Below are positions 10,782-21,536 of a DNA stretch of 64,000 bases, one piece after another (the first letter of the stretch is position 1; every line of letters starts with the position of its first letter). The notes below the pieces were generated by a model. It saw only the letters and a program-made list of their open reading frames with translations. It ran no database searches and had not been told where the DNA came from. Origin of the DNA: Dehalococcoidia bacterium (lineage in GTDB: Bacteria; Chloroflexota; Dehalococcoidia; Plut-88900). Position numbers and translations under genes: made by a program. The stretch covers positions 384,001 through 448,000 of the forward strand of contig CBDBLV010000005.1 in assembly GCA_965207225.1 (NCBI GenBank), written 5' to 3'.

Positions 10782-11550
10782 ATGACTAACATAGAAGTTA
10801 ACGGTAAGAAGACCTTTAGCATGTCCGCGAGACATAGCCAACGGAGAGATGCGAGGGAAGGCGGAGGTGCATGTCCACTGGGCTCGGGGTAATTACCTGA
10901 TCTGGAAGCCTCAGCTTCAGGCCCTCGCCCGAGACCACCTCCCCATAGGCATCGACCTTCCGGGCCACGGCGATTCCGAGGGCCCAGGATCGGCCGAAAT
11001 CTCGGAATACAGTGATTTCATCAAGGGTGTAGAAGATTCGCCTGGCCTAGAATCGTTTGTCAAAGTCGGACACTCTATGGGAGGTTCAATAGGCCTGGAC
11101 TACGCTCTGCGCTACTCCGGTGTAGAAGCCCTGATATTGGTTGGGGCCGGGGCCGACTGGGACATAGACCTGGATTTCGTTGAGCTTTTCAGGACCGACT
11201 TCGAACGGGCGGTCAGGGAAGGCCTGAAGATGAACTTTGGCAAGAAGACGCCCTGGTCAATTCGGGAACTGCATGAATAGAATAACCGGACTACACCCGT
11301 GGATTCGCAAGTTGGGGACTTTGTGGCCTGCAACTAGATTGACGTGGAAGCGGAGCTTAGGAAGGTGGACATCCCCGCATGTGTGCTATGCGGCGAGGAA
11401 GACCCTTATGCCCGTGAATCCAGGGGGATGATTAACAAGATGGCGCAAGCTCAGGCCCACTGGCTGCCGGGCATCGGGCATTTCCCGTCCATCGAATACC
11501 CACTCGCGACCAACAAGATTATGCTCGACTATCTCAGATCTTTCTCATAG
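10782..11550 (+). pseudogene. Alpha/beta hydrolase pseudogene
   Basis: GGAGG RBS then ATG 10782; early frameshift; DLPGHGDS, GHSMGG, GEED and GHFP motifs; in-frame TAG at 11278-11280 and 11335-11337. Confidence 0.85.
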
Positions 11551-11804
11551 AAATATTCGGAATCAGCTACTTCGCTGCAAGACACAACCTCGATACGACG
11601 GTAGTGGTCGTAATTGGCTCGATAGTCAAGAGTGGCCCGTAGATTACGCGTTGCCACCGTTGGTATGAACTGCCCGGAAGTGCTGTCTCTCTTTGAAAAC
11701 AACTCGTGTCAGTAGGAAGCACAGGCTTGAAGGCAGGCGATCGTTGACGTAGCATTGGCCCGAATCTTGGCGCCCGTCTCAGAAGCTGCTTAGAACACTC
11801 AAAT

Positions 11805-14800
11805 ATGACAGAGAGTTTCTTTGAATCACCCATCCTCAACTCGCCGTACGAGTACCCGACGCGCTATTGGGAACTCGATGATGACCGCCAGCCCACGAAC
11901 CAGATTATTCAGCAACGCCGACCTGCCGCTTATATCACTCCAGTTCCCCAAGCGAGGAAGCAACGAGGGCGGCCTCAACAACGAGAAATGGTGCTCAATG
12001 AAGGGCGAGGGCTCTCAACGGAAGAGCAGCAGTACGACCCGACTTCGACCATCAATGTGCTAAGGCATCATGTAGACCGATGGCGTGCAATGCCTGAGTC
12101 GCATCAGGGAGTAACGCCCGAGACAGCACGACTTCTGAAGCATTGGAGATATCACAGATTCAGTAACATCCAGCCCTTTTTCTGCCAAGTGGAGGCAGTT
12201 GAGACGATAATCTGGCTAACCGAAGTAGCTCCGGTTCGACGCAGCAGAGAGATTCGCCAACTCCTCGATCAGCTGGACAGAGCTAACGAACAGGCAAATC
12301 CTGGCCTTGCACGCCTGGCGTTGAAGCTGGCTACTGGAGCGGGCAAGACGACTGTTATGGCTATGCTGATCGCTTGGCAAACGATCAACTCCGCGCGACG
12401 ACCTAACAGCCGTAGCTTTACCCGAGGGTTCCTTGTAGTCACGCCTGGCCTCACAATCCGTGACCGCTTGCGGGTGCTATTGCCGAACGATCCAGACAGC
12501 TATTACAGGAGTCGGGAACTGGTGCCGCGGGATATGGTCTCCGACCTAGAGCGGGCAAAAATCGTTATAACCAACTACCACGCCTTCAAGTTACGGGAGA
12601 CGGTCGAACTCTCAAGAAGTGGACGTGCGTTGCTCCAGGGGCGCGGGCCCGAAATCCGGTCAATCGAGACTGAAGGACAGATGTGCCAGAGAGTCATGCC
12701 AGAACTCCTGGGTTTGCGCAGCATAATGGTGTTCAATGATGAGGCTCACCACTGCTACCGGGAGAAGCCTGGTGAAGCTGATGAAGGTGCTCTTGCCGGT
12801 GACGACCGCAAGGAAGCCGAAAAGAACAGCGAGACAGCAAGGCTCTGGATCAATGGCCTTGAAGCCGTGAACCGAAAGATCGGTCTTCAGCGTATTGTGG
12901 ATCTTTCAGCGACCCCGTTCTTCCTTCGCGGCTCCGGTTACGCTGAAGGTACGATGTTCCCGTGGACGATGAGCGACTTTTCTCTAATGGATGCCATCGA
13001 GTGCGGCATCGTGAAACTGCCGAGGGTACCTGTTGCCGACAACGTACCTGGAACCGAGATGCCGGTGTTACGGAACTTGTGGGAGCACGTGCGACCGAAC
13101 ATGCCGAAGAGGGGACGAAGCAAGTCGGGTGCGCTTGACCCCCTCAGAATCCCCGTAGAGTTACAGACGGCGCTCGAGGCCCTCTATGGTCACTATGCGG
13201 AAACTTTCAAGCTTTGGAAGGATGCCGGTGTCGAGGTTGATCCGTGTTTCATAGTTGTTTGTAATAACACCTCTACGTCCAAGCTTGTCTTTGACTATAT
13301 TTCTGGCTTCTACCAGAAGAACGAAGATGGCTCGACGACCCTCCAGAACGGCCGTCTCGAGCTGTTCCGGAACTTCGACGCGCAAGGCAATCCTTTCCCC
13401 AGGCCGCACACGTTGCTGATCGATAGCGAGCAGCTCGAGTCCGGTGAGGGCCTTGACCGAAGCTTCCGCGAGGCCGCCACCGAGGAGATCGAGCGCTTCC
13501 GCCGCGAGCAAGTTCAGAGGACGGGAGATCGCGCCGCTGCAGAGAAGATCACTGAGCAGGACCTGCTCCGCGAAGTTATGAACACTGTCGGCAAGCCAGG
13601 TCAGCTCGGCGACTCGATTCGCTGCGTTGTCTCTGTGTCGATGTTGACTGAGGGATGGGACGCGAACACGGTAACGCATGTTCTCGGCGTGCGGGCATTC
13701 AGTACGCAGTTGCTCTGCGAGCAGGTGATCGGACGCGCACTGCGTCGCCAGTCCTATGAACTAAACGAGGATGGACTTCTTAGTGTTGAATATGCCGACG
13801 TGCTCGGAATTCCGTTTGACTTTACGGCAAAGCCGGTCGTAGGGCCTCCCCAGAAACCGCACCAGACGGTGGAGGTACGTGCCGTTACGCCTGACCGAGA
13901 CGACCACGAGATTTTCTATCCACGGGTCGAAGGCTACCGCATAGAATTACCCAACGAGCGGCTCGACGCCGACTTCAACGACGAGTCGACTCTTGTGCTG
14001 ACACCTGATCTCACCGGACCCACACGAACCCGGAACGAGGGAATCATTGGCGAGGGAGTGAACCTTGACATTGATCACCTAGGAGATCTGCGAACGTCGA
14101 CACTTGTATATGAGCTTACGCGCCGACTGCTGGAGACGAAGTGGCGTGATCCTGCCGGGGAACCGAAGCTCCACCTCTTCGGTCAACTGAAGCGCGTCAC
14201 CCGCCAGTGGCTTGACCGGCATCTCGTCTGCAAGGGAGGTACTTATCCAGCGCAACTCTTGTACCGAACCTTAGCCGACACCGCTTGTGAGCGAATCACA
14301 GCGGGCATAAACCGAGCATTCCTAGGGGAGCGACCCATCCGGGCAGTATTGGATCCCTACAACCCATCCGGGTCGACCCGCTATGTCCGCTTCACGACTT
14401 CAAAGCGAACTCGGTGGAAGACGGACCCGCGCCGGTGCCACGTCAACTGGGTGGTCTGCGATGGAGATTGGGAGGCCGAGTTTTGTCGTGTAGCTGAAGC
14501 CCATCCACGCGTGCGTTCCTACGTCAAGAATCAGGGACTCGGATTTGAGGTTCCCTACCTCTTTGGCGGAGAGTTGCGTCGCTATATCCCCGACTTCATT
14601 GTGCTGGTGGACGACGGAAACGGTGATGACGACCTTCTGAATCTCGTGGTAGAGATCAAGGGGTACCGTGGCGAGGACGCCAAGGAGAAGAAGGCGACCA
14701 TGGACACCTACTGGGTGCCCGGGGTAAATCATCTCAGAAGTTATGGCCGTTGGGCCTTTGCTGAGTTCACCGACGTGTATGCCATACAGGACGACTTTGA

Positions 14801-14894
14801 GACGCAGGTCGAAATTCGCTTCGCCGAGGTTATCAATTCTATTGCAACTAGCAATCAGATCCCTGCGGCAGTCACTACCAATTTGAGGAACTGA
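11805..14894 (+). CDS. res: Type III-like restriction endonuclease/SF2 helicase (Res; BPTD_3080-like family)
   Basis: 1029 aa; N-terminal PILNSPYE; LATGAGKT, DEAHH, MLTEGWD helicase motifs; C-terminal YIPDF...VEIKG nuclease motif. Confidence 0.88.
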   Translation: MTESFFESPILNSPYEYPTRYWELDDDRQPTNQIIQQRRPAAYITPVPQARKQRGRPQQREMVLNEGRGLSTEEQQYDPTSTINVLRHHVDRWRAMPESHQGVTPETARLLKHWRYHRFSNIQPFFCQVEAVETIIWLTEVAPVRRSREIRQLLDQLDRANEQANPGLARLALKLATGAGKTTVMAMLIAWQTINSARRPNSRSFTRGFLVVTPGLTIRDRLRVLLPNDPDSYYRSRELVPRDMVSDLERAKIVITNYHAFKLRETVELSRSGRALLQGRGPEIRSIETEGQMCQRVMPELLGLRSIMVFNDEAHHCYREKPGEADEGALAGDDRKEAEKNSETARLWINGLEAVNRKIGLQRIVDLSATPFFLRGSGYAEGTMFPWTMSDFSLMDAIECGIVKLPRVPVADNVPGTEMPVLRNLWEHVRPNMPKRGRSKSGALDPLRIPVELQTALEALYGHYAETFKLWKDAGVEVDPCFIVVCNNTSTSKLVFDYISGFYQKNEDGSTTLQNGRLELFRNFDAQGNPFPRPHTLLIDSEQLESGEGLDRSFREAATEEIERFRREQVQRTGDRAAAEKITEQDLLREVMNTVGKPGQLGDSIRCVVSVSMLTEGWDANTVTHVLGVRAFSTQLLCEQVIGRALRRQSYELNEDGLLSVEYADVLGIPFDFTAKPVVGPPQKPHQTVEVRAVTPDRDDHEIFYPRVEGYRIELPNERLDADFNDESTLVLTPDLTGPTRTRNEGIIGEGVNLDIDHLGDLRTSTLVYELTRRLLETKWRDPAGEPKLHLFGQLKRVTRQWLDRHLVCKGGTYPAQLLYRTLADTACERITAGINRAFLGERPIRAVLDPYNPSGSTRYVRFTTSKRTRWKTDPRRCHVNWVVCDGDWEAEFCRVAEAHPRVRSYVKNQGLGFEVPYLFGGELRRYIPDFIVLVDDGNGDDDLLNLVVEIKGYRGEDAKEKKATMDTYWVPGVNHLRSYGRWAFAEFTDVYAIQDDFETQVEIRFAEVINSIATSNQIPAAVTTNLRN

Positions 14895-14898
14895 ACGC

Positions 14899-17724
14899 AT
14901 GGCCCGAACGACGCAACGCAGTAACAGGAAAGAAGTTGAAACATTCGTACACGATGCGGCGAAGCGGATGAACATACCCACCGCCGAATACCGCTCAGTC
15001 TTGGATGAGAATGAACAGAGCCCTATCGAGGTTGCCTACGCGCGACGTAATCGGGACCTTGACCCCCAACTTGTCTGGCGTGGCAAGAACGCACAGGATA
15101 TCTCCGATCTCATTGTGCAGGCACCGCCGCTGTACATTCAGGAGAAGGTTCATCCCAAGGTGCTCATCGACGATTTGATGAATCGCAGCGGACGAATCGA
15201 GGCTGAGCATGCGTCATCCTCTGAGGGCTTCCAGTACGATCTGTTTTCTGATTTCAATGGTTTGCCTGAGGGTGCAGAACGCACCGATTTCTACGCGCAT
15301 GACGCCAACTGGTCGAACCGCATGATTCTCGGCGATAGCCTGCAGGTTATGGCGTCACTCACGGAACGCGAAGGTCTGCGGGGCAAGGTACAGTGCATCT
15401 ACATCGACCCACCGTACGGAATCAAGTTCAACTCGAACTTCCAGTGGTCAACGACAAGCCGCGACGTTCGTGATGGAAGACAAGATCACATCACACGTGA
15501 GCCGGAGCAGGTGAAAGCCTTCCGGGACACATGGCGAGACGGCATTCACTCTTATCTGTCGTACTTACGCGACCGCCTTGAAGCTGCTCGTGACCTCCTC
15601 TCGGACTCGGGGTCAGTATTTGTCCAGATCGGAGACCAGAATGTACATCGTGTACGGGTAGTATTGGACGAGGTCTTTGGAGAAGAGGGATTCATTGCCC
15701 AGATTACTTTTCGTGTTAAGAGTCCTTTAGGGGTCTCGGATCTTGCGCGCACCACAGACTTCCTTCTGTGGTATGCCAAGGACCATGAAGCAGTAAAGTT
15801 CAGACGGCTACGAGTTCCTAAGGATATTGACACCCATCCTGAGTTCTCGCTAGCGCTCTTGCCGGATGGCAAGATCACCTCGCGTGCACATGCGAATGCA
15901 AGCACGAATGGGGAGGATTGTCGCTTTTTTACGGCACAGAACCTTGGCTCGTCCGGATACACGCCCTCCTGCATGTTCGACTTTTCCGTTCGGGGCAAGA
16001 CTTATTCCTATCCCCGAGGGAAGAGTTGGAAGACGAATGAAACAGGTATGCGTCGGCTTCAGTTCGCTGATCGGCTCCATCCACTTAGGACCAGCCTTAG
16101 ATGGCGGTACTTCTTCGATGATGCCCCCAGTGAGGTTATCACTGATGTTTGGCTCGACACATTCGCCGCATCCGACAAGAGCTACGTCGTTCAAACATCC
16201 GCTTCCGTTATACAACGTTGCTTGCTAATGACGACCGACCCCGGTGACCTTGTGCTCGACCCCACATGCGGGTCTGGAACGACCGCATATGTAGCCGAAC
16301 AGTGGGGCAGACGTTGGATCACTATAGACACATCGAGGGTCGCGCTCGCGCTCGCACGGGCGCGGATAATGGGAGCACGCTACCCTTACTACCTACTGGC
16401 AGACAGTGTCGAAGGCAAGAAAAAGGAGGCAAAGATCGCATGCTCTGAGAACTCGACGGTGCCATCGTATGGAGACATTCGACTGGGCTTCGTTTACCAG
16501 AGGGTACCCCACGTTACGCTCCGCGATATCGCCAACAACACAGAGATCGACGTGATCTGGGAGCAGTTTCGGAAGACCCTGGATCCACTGCGAGAGCAGC
16601 TAAACGAGGCTCTCGGCGAGTTCTGGGAGGAATGGGAGATCCCGCGTGAGGCTGATGAGGAGTGGCCAAACACAGCGCAGATGCTGCACGAACGATTGTG
16701 GTCCGTCCGCAAAGCTCGCCAACGCGAGATTGACGCTAGTATCGCCGCGAATGCCGAATATGAGTACCTCTACGACCAGCCCTATACCGACGACCGCAAG
16801 GTGCGCATTGCCGGCCCATTTACGGTCGAGAGTATTTCACCTCATCGGGTCCTGGGTGTCGACGAGAACGACGAGCTCATCGACGCCGTCCCCGAGTCGC
16901 TGGGCTCCAATGGACAGATCCAGGACTTTGCCTCGATCATTATTGAGCACCTCAAAACTGCAGGGGTACACCAGGCGCACAGGGAAGACCGAATCACTTT
17001 CTCCTCAATTACTCCGTGGCCCGGCTTAATGGTCTGCGCTGAGGGGCGCTACACTGAGGCACACGGCGGTGCCCGTGAAGTAGCGACCGAGAAGCGCGCC
17101 GGCATCTTCATCGGGCCCGAGTTTGGCACTGTATCGCGGCCAGACCTGGTCGAAGCCGCCCGAGAGGCCGCCGACGCTGGCTTCGATGTGCTCATCGCCT
17201 GTGGCTTCAACTACGAAGCCCACGCCACCGAATTCAGTCGACTAGGGCGCATCCCGGTACTCAAGGCACGCATGAACGCCGACCTTCATATGGCCGGTGA
17301 CCTAAAGAACACTGGCAAGGGTAATCTCTTCGTTATCTTCGGTGAACCCGACATCGATATCCTTGACGCATCCAGCGACGACGATGCGGTCACCGGACAG
17401 GTCAAAGTAAGGGTCAACGGTGTGGATGTCTTCCACCCGAACACTGGTGAGGTACGCAGCGACGGGCCTAACGGCATTGCCTGTTGGTTCATCGACACGG
17501 ACTATAACGAGGAGAGCTTCTTCGTGCGCCACGCCTACTTCCTCGGGGCCGACGACCCGTACAAAACGCTCAAGACTACACTCAAGGCCGAAATCAATGA
17601 GGAGGCATGGGAGACCCTGCACAGTGCCGTTTCACGCCCTTTTGACAAGCCTGAGTCAGGTCGTATTGCTGTTAAAGTCATCAATCACCTCGGCGACGAA
17701 GTGTTGAAGGTCTACCGCCTGTAA
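14899..17724 (+). CDS. mod: Site-specific adenine DNA methyltransferase (type III Mod-like, beta class)
   Basis: 941 aa; catalytic IDPPY precedes SAM-binding DPTCGSGT; starts 4 nt after the Res stop. Confidence 0.9.
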   Translation: MARTTQRSNRKEVETFVHDAAKRMNIPTAEYRSVLDENEQSPIEVAYARRNRDLDPQLVWRGKNAQDISDLIVQAPPLYIQEKVHPKVLIDDLMNRSGRIEAEHASSSEGFQYDLFSDFNGLPEGAERTDFYAHDANWSNRMILGDSLQVMASLTEREGLRGKVQCIYIDPPYGIKFNSNFQWSTTSRDVRDGRQDHITREPEQVKAFRDTWRDGIHSYLSYLRDRLEAARDLLSDSGSVFVQIGDQNVHRVRVVLDEVFGEEGFIAQITFRVKSPLGVSDLARTTDFLLWYAKDHEAVKFRRLRVPKDIDTHPEFSLALLPDGKITSRAHANASTNGEDCRFFTAQNLGSSGYTPSCMFDFSVRGKTYSYPRGKSWKTNETGMRRLQFADRLHPLRTSLRWRYFFDDAPSEVITDVWLDTFAASDKSYVVQTSASVIQRCLLMTTDPGDLVLDPTCGSGTTAYVAEQWGRRWITIDTSRVALALARARIMGARYPYYLLADSVEGKKKEAKIACSENSTVPSYGDIRLGFVYQRVPHVTLRDIANNTEIDVIWEQFRKTLDPLREQLNEALGEFWEEWEIPREADEEWPNTAQMLHERLWSVRKARQREIDASIAANAEYEYLYDQPYTDDRKVRIAGPFTVESISPHRVLGVDENDELIDAVPESLGSNGQIQDFASIIIEHLKTAGVHQAHREDRITFSSITPWPGLMVCAEGRYTEAHGGAREVATEKRAGIFIGPEFGTVSRPDLVEAAREAADAGFDVLIACGFNYEAHATEFSRLGRIPVLKARMNADLHMAGDLKNTGKGNLFVIFGEPDIDILDASSDDDAVTGQVKVRVNGVDVFHPNTGEVRSDGPNGIACWFIDTDYNEESFFVRHAYFLGADDPYKTLKTTLKAEINEEAWETLHSAVSRPFDKPESGRIAVKVINHLGDEVLKVYRL

Positions 17725-17755
17725 AGGTTACCAGCGGCAAGGAGGGACCAACAGG

Positions 17756-18808
17756 TTGAGGTTCGACATAGTACCGATAAAGCCGAACGCTTCACACGAT
17801 CTCTTCAAAGCACTCGTCAATGCACTCGATGAGCCTTCTAATCAAGGTGCAGAGGTAAGAGCAGCTTTCGCTTACGCAACAGTAGGTGGGATACATCAGC
17901 TCATAGACACTCTAAGTACCGCCAAGGGATGGAAGTCGGCCAAGAAGCAGATAATGGTCGGTGTGCACAATGGGATCACGGAGCCCGCGGGGCTAAACGA
18001 ATTACGCGGCTTGGAGCGTACCCAGATTCGTGCATTTGTACCGGGGCGGAGACTTACATGGAGAGCATTCGCAATGACACCCGTGTTCCACCCCAAGGTG
18101 CTTGCGCTCGTGACAAATCACGGTTTGACGGCAATTCAAGCTGGATCGGCTAACCTCACTTCCGCCGCGATGGGAGTGAGCCCGACGAACTACGAACTAG
18201 TGCTTTCCACGTTCGCAGCCCCTGCCGCTTCACTTGACGCTCAAGGGAAGTTCGACAGTTGGTGGATGGATCTCTGGGATGCGTCCCGTGTTGTGAACTG
18301 GCGTTTTATCATGCAATACGCCCGTTTGCGCCAGCAGGTACTTGAGGCAAACCCGATCCTGCGGACTATGATAGAAACGCCCGAGACAATCAAGGACGCC
18401 CGCCACCTCTTCTTGGAAGTAGGAGCAGGATCTGGCCCTCCGCACCAACGCCATCAGGTCGAGTTTCCTAAGGCGTTAGCCGAATTTTTTGGGGAAGCAA
18501 CCTATTCGCGCCGGGACCTGAGGATGCGGCAGCGGCAGCAAGTGTGGGACCGGAGGCCTCTCTCGTATAAGAAAACGAGCTACGGAGTTGACATCTGGCG
18601 CCTCGGCATGCCTACGCAGACGACCGGCGGTCCTAGCATTGCTGAAAGGGTGATCAGGTTCACCCGTACCGAAGAACCGAACACGTTTGATTATGAGGTA
18701 ACCGACGTAGATAGCAAAGAGTTCCTGAATTGGGAATCGTCAGCGAATCTGTCGGGACACCTGGGAACTACGCAAGGTCAGCGTGCTCGAAAATATGGCT
18801 TCTATTGA
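17756..18808 (+). CDS. Phospholipase D (HKD)-superfamily nuclease-like protein
   Basis: 350 aa; AFAYAT, FHPKVL...GSANLT...NYE single PLD motif; GGAGG RBS; 31 nt after Mod. Confidence 0.8.
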   Translation: MRFDIVPIKPNASHDLFKALVNALDEPSNQGAEVRAAFAYATVGGIHQLIDTLSTAKGWKSAKKQIMVGVHNGITEPAGLNELRGLERTQIRAFVPGRRLTWRAFAMTPVFHPKVLALVTNHGLTAIQAGSANLTSAAMGVSPTNYELVLSTFAAPAASLDAQGKFDSWWMDLWDASRVVNWRFIMQYARLRQQVLEANPILRTMIETPETIKDARHLFLEVGAGSGPPHQRHQVEFPKALAEFFGEATYSRRDLRMRQRQQVWDRRPLSYKKTSYGVDIWRLGMPTQTTGGPSIAERVIRFTRTEEPNTFDYEVTDVDSKEFLNWESSANLSGHLGTTQGQRARKYGFY

Positions 18809-19363
18809 TCGGTCAAAGCCAGCAAGGTAAACGGCTGTATTGCGGCGCGGAAATGTCTTGGACCAATTGGAGACCATCAGCGCCTGTGCGCGGCACCTGA
18901 GAAGGTCCATGAAGAAGAGCAAGCTGACCGAGCGCAAAGTCTTCATAGACTCCCCCGTGAAGGAAGCCCTTGTCACTCCTCGCCGACGCCCTCATGCACC
19001 ATACCGTCCCCACGCTGGAGGACAGCCCTCCGACCGGCAGGAACGCCGAGGAAATGGCGCGGAATTTCTCGCTTCTATCCACCGTGCTGATTGATGGACT
19101 ACTGACATCGCCCGGTACCCGATGGTCTAGAGGGCAGTGGCGTCTACGTCCAGGAACACAACCGCAGCGATGACCTGTTCGTGCGCACATTCGACGAGCA
19201 TGATCCGCTTCGGTATCGAAGCGGCAACGAGGCCCGTTGGAGCCGTTAGCATGAAGCACGCAGTCAAGCTTGAAGCGACATCGACGCACTGTCCTGCCGG
19301 AGAAGAATGTCATGTTCCCCAGTTTAGTCTTTCGTGTGAAATCGCTTGGGTTGTCTTCACGTT

Positions 19364-19385
19364 TACGCAGATATCTGCGTATAAT
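19364..19385 (+). promoter_or_regulatory. Perfect 18-bp palindrome (putative PadR operator) overlapping a TATAAT -10 box of a likely leaderless promoter
   Basis: tacgcagatatctgcgta 19364-19381; TATAAT 19380-19385; ATG 7 nt later at 19393 with no RBS. Confidence 0.65.
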
Positions 19386-19392
19386 TATTAGC

Positions 19393-19755
19393 ATGAGGAG
19401 AAAGTCAGGCACCCTTATCCCTATAGAGCAATCAATCCTTGCGGCTGCCATGCAGCTAAGCATTGAAGGTATACGGGAATTTCACGGCTTTGGTATCGCC
19501 AAGGAGATCAAGAGTCAAAGAGATGCTCGTCTCCTTACCGGTCATGGCACCCTATATCGGGCTCTCGGGAGACTCGAAAAGCAAGGGTATCTCGATGGCC
19601 GCTGGGAAGACCCAGTCCTTGCTGCACGCGAAAACCGCCCACGACGGAAGCTGTATAAGCTCACTGCTACGGGCGTCTCCGCTGGCACGGCATCAATCTC
19701 AGATATGCCCCATCCTACAAGACTCCTAAGAGCAGTTTGGGCGGATTTATGCTAA
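19393..19755 (+). CDS. PadR-family transcriptional regulator
   Basis: HGFGIAKEI...GTLYRALGRLEKQGYL...W...RPRRKLYKLTATG signature; ATG 19393 preferred over the ORF-track start 19270. Confidence 0.9.
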   Translation: MRRKSGTLIPIEQSILAAAMQLSIEGIREFHGFGIAKEIKSQRDARLLTGHGTLYRALGRLEKQGYLDGRWEDPVLAARENRPRRKLYKLTATGVSAGTASISDMPHPTRLLRAVWADLC

Positions 19756-20696
19756 CCACTTCCCTGCTTATATCATTGCTTGTGCCTTTCATTCTGTTAG
19801 CTGTCTTCGCATTTGCCATGCCTATGGTCAAAGTACTCTTGAGAACATGGACCTGGTTGTACACCTCGGTTGCTCCGGAAGGTGAGCGCCTCAGCCGACG
19901 CGCTGAAATGCTGTCGGACCTGTATGAGCATATCCAAGGCTCGAAGGCAGAAGGCCACAGGCCAGCAGAGATAGCAGTTCAGGTGCTACTGCGCATGGTG
20001 TTTGGGGTTAAGGATGACCTGGCTTGGTCCGCCCCGTATCTTCCAAAGGCGATGGCTGACAGCTTGGAGAGAGGGGGCAATGGTCTCAGCCACTTCAAGA
20101 CACCGACAGTGGTGATTACATCCCTTGCCTTGTTCGGTTTGCTAAATACCTCGCTCGTAGTGTCGGATGGAGACAAGCCCTGGACGTTGTTCTTGGGCAT
20201 GAACGTCGTTGCGAGCGGTGTGATTCTCGTGATGCATAATCAGCAACGCTCCTGGGCCCGCAGAATCCTCCAGGGGTACCTTGGCATAACGACAGTATCG
20301 CTTGTTGGTATTTTCGTATGGGTGGTCCTCCACCACCGCCTGTACGAAATGCCTGGCTTCTACAGACTCATTCTCCAGGTCGCGGTAGCCATGCTGCCTC
20401 TGATTCTGGCCATGTTGGTCAGCACCGAACGATGTCGAGCACGTTTCTTCAAGGATCGCTGGTGGCCAGTCATTGTATGTTGGGGTCTCATCGCAGCGAT
20501 TTCGCTTGCCGCCGCCGTGAATTTGGGACTTTCAACCTTGATCACCGTTTGGACTGGGATGGTTGTGGCGGCTCTGTCTGTCGTGATTGTGTGCGCAATT
20601 TTTCTCGGTTGCGCCGCCATAGTCTGTCATGGTGGTTTGAAAGGAGGCGCGGGTATATTGCGGCTAATGGCGGCAGGAGTTCGACTTCTGAAGTAG
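19749..20696 (+). CDS. PadR-associated polytopic membrane protein
   Basis: Start overlaps the PadR stop; WTWLYT...RRAEMLSDLYEH N-terminal segment followed by several hydrophobic helices. Confidence 0.75.
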   Translation: MLTTSLLISLLVPFILLAVFAFAMPMVKVLLRTWTWLYTSVAPEGERLSRRAEMLSDLYEHIQGSKAEGHRPAEIAVQVLLRMVFGVKDDLAWSAPYLPKAMADSLERGGNGLSHFKTPTVVITSLALFGLLNTSLVVSDGDKPWTLFLGMNVVASGVILVMHNQQRSWARRILQGYLGITTVSLVGIFVWVVLHHRLYEMPGFYRLILQVAVAMLPLILAMLVSTERCRARFFKDRWWPVIVCWGLIAAISLAAAVNLGLSTLITVWTGMVVAALSVVIVCAIFLGCAAIVCHGGLKGGAGILRLMAAGVRLLK

Positions 20697-20897
20697 ACTT
20701 CGACATGCCCCCTTGTGGATGGTCAACCTGGCTGTAGTCCACATCCAAGTTCCTCCTTGAATACCTCTGAAGATTCCAATCAGTCCCCAAGCGTGATCGG
20801 ACTCTGTACCAGAAAAGGTAACACCCATTCCTTGCTAACCAGGAGCCTATACCTGACTCAAAGCGAAGGTCGGTGTTCACACAGCTTCGGTAGCCCC

Positions 20898-21245
20898 ATC
20901 TAACCGGATTCGAACAAATCTTGTTCCTTATTTGAATGTCGTGGTGCTACTTAGATAGCAACCTCCCACCGAAAGGTTCGCAGTATAGTACGTGACGGCC
21001 ATCAATTCGTATCTGAGACCGTCGGGGACTCGAACTTTTCTGAACGTTGAACAAGAGCGGAAGGTTAAGATGGTAGCCGCGGGATGCTATGGCACCAACA
21101 CAACAAGGGGAGGAAACCGAGATCGAAATGTGCTTGAACTGCCGGACCATGTACGCAGTCCTCTTGCGTTGCTGGCCTAATGGGCTATTCCGTGTGGGCG
21201 TTTCTCTAATTCCGGCAATAATAACGAGCCTTAGCCCTCCCTCAA
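20898..21245 (+). repeat. Dispersed non-coding repeat, copy A (candidate structured RNA)
   Basis: Homologous to 29560-29855 and 58005-58112; core cctcccaccgaaaggttcgcagtatagtacg...ctgagaccgtcggggactcgaacttttct. Confidence 0.8.
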
Positions 21246-21536
21246 CTGACCGAATCATCGTGGCGACAGTGGGGGCCAAACACCAGGCCGTCGTGTCCCA
21301 CCAGTCTTGATAAAACAACTGTCAACCTGACCCTCACTTTAGCGCTATAGGTCTGCTTGGGAACTGAGCCAGCTTAATTTCAGGTGGTCCTCCTGCAAGT
21401 TTGTGTAATAGGTATACGCACTGAGCAAGACAGCCTTGAGCGGAATCGGGAAGATTGAATGCACTTAGGCCCATGGCGTCGGTGACGGTGAGCTTGAAGG
21501 TCAGGCCGTCCGGGGCCCTCTACGGGATGAGGTGCA

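Noticed and set aside
195-11337. Several in-frame TAG codons within otherwise continuing frames (195, SDR, 11278, 11335), suggesting amber recoding
   Set aside because: The same genes also carry frameshifts and a TAA stop, and many intact genes here end in TAG. Pseudogenisation explains it.
18813-19300. Overlapping short ORFs after the PLD gene
   Set aside because: No recognisable motif or consistent frame; possibly a decayed gene but unsupported.
20972-21039. Repeat hairpin as an integron attC site
   Set aside because: GTT is on the left arm and AAC on the right, opposite to the RYYYAAC...GTTRRRY layout, and no integron integrase is in the window.
21014-21040. GTTCGAGTCCCC on the minus strand resembles a tRNA T-arm or att site (also at ~29635-29658)
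   Set aside because: No cloverleaf, D-arm or CCA end; it is one arm of the repeat hairpin.
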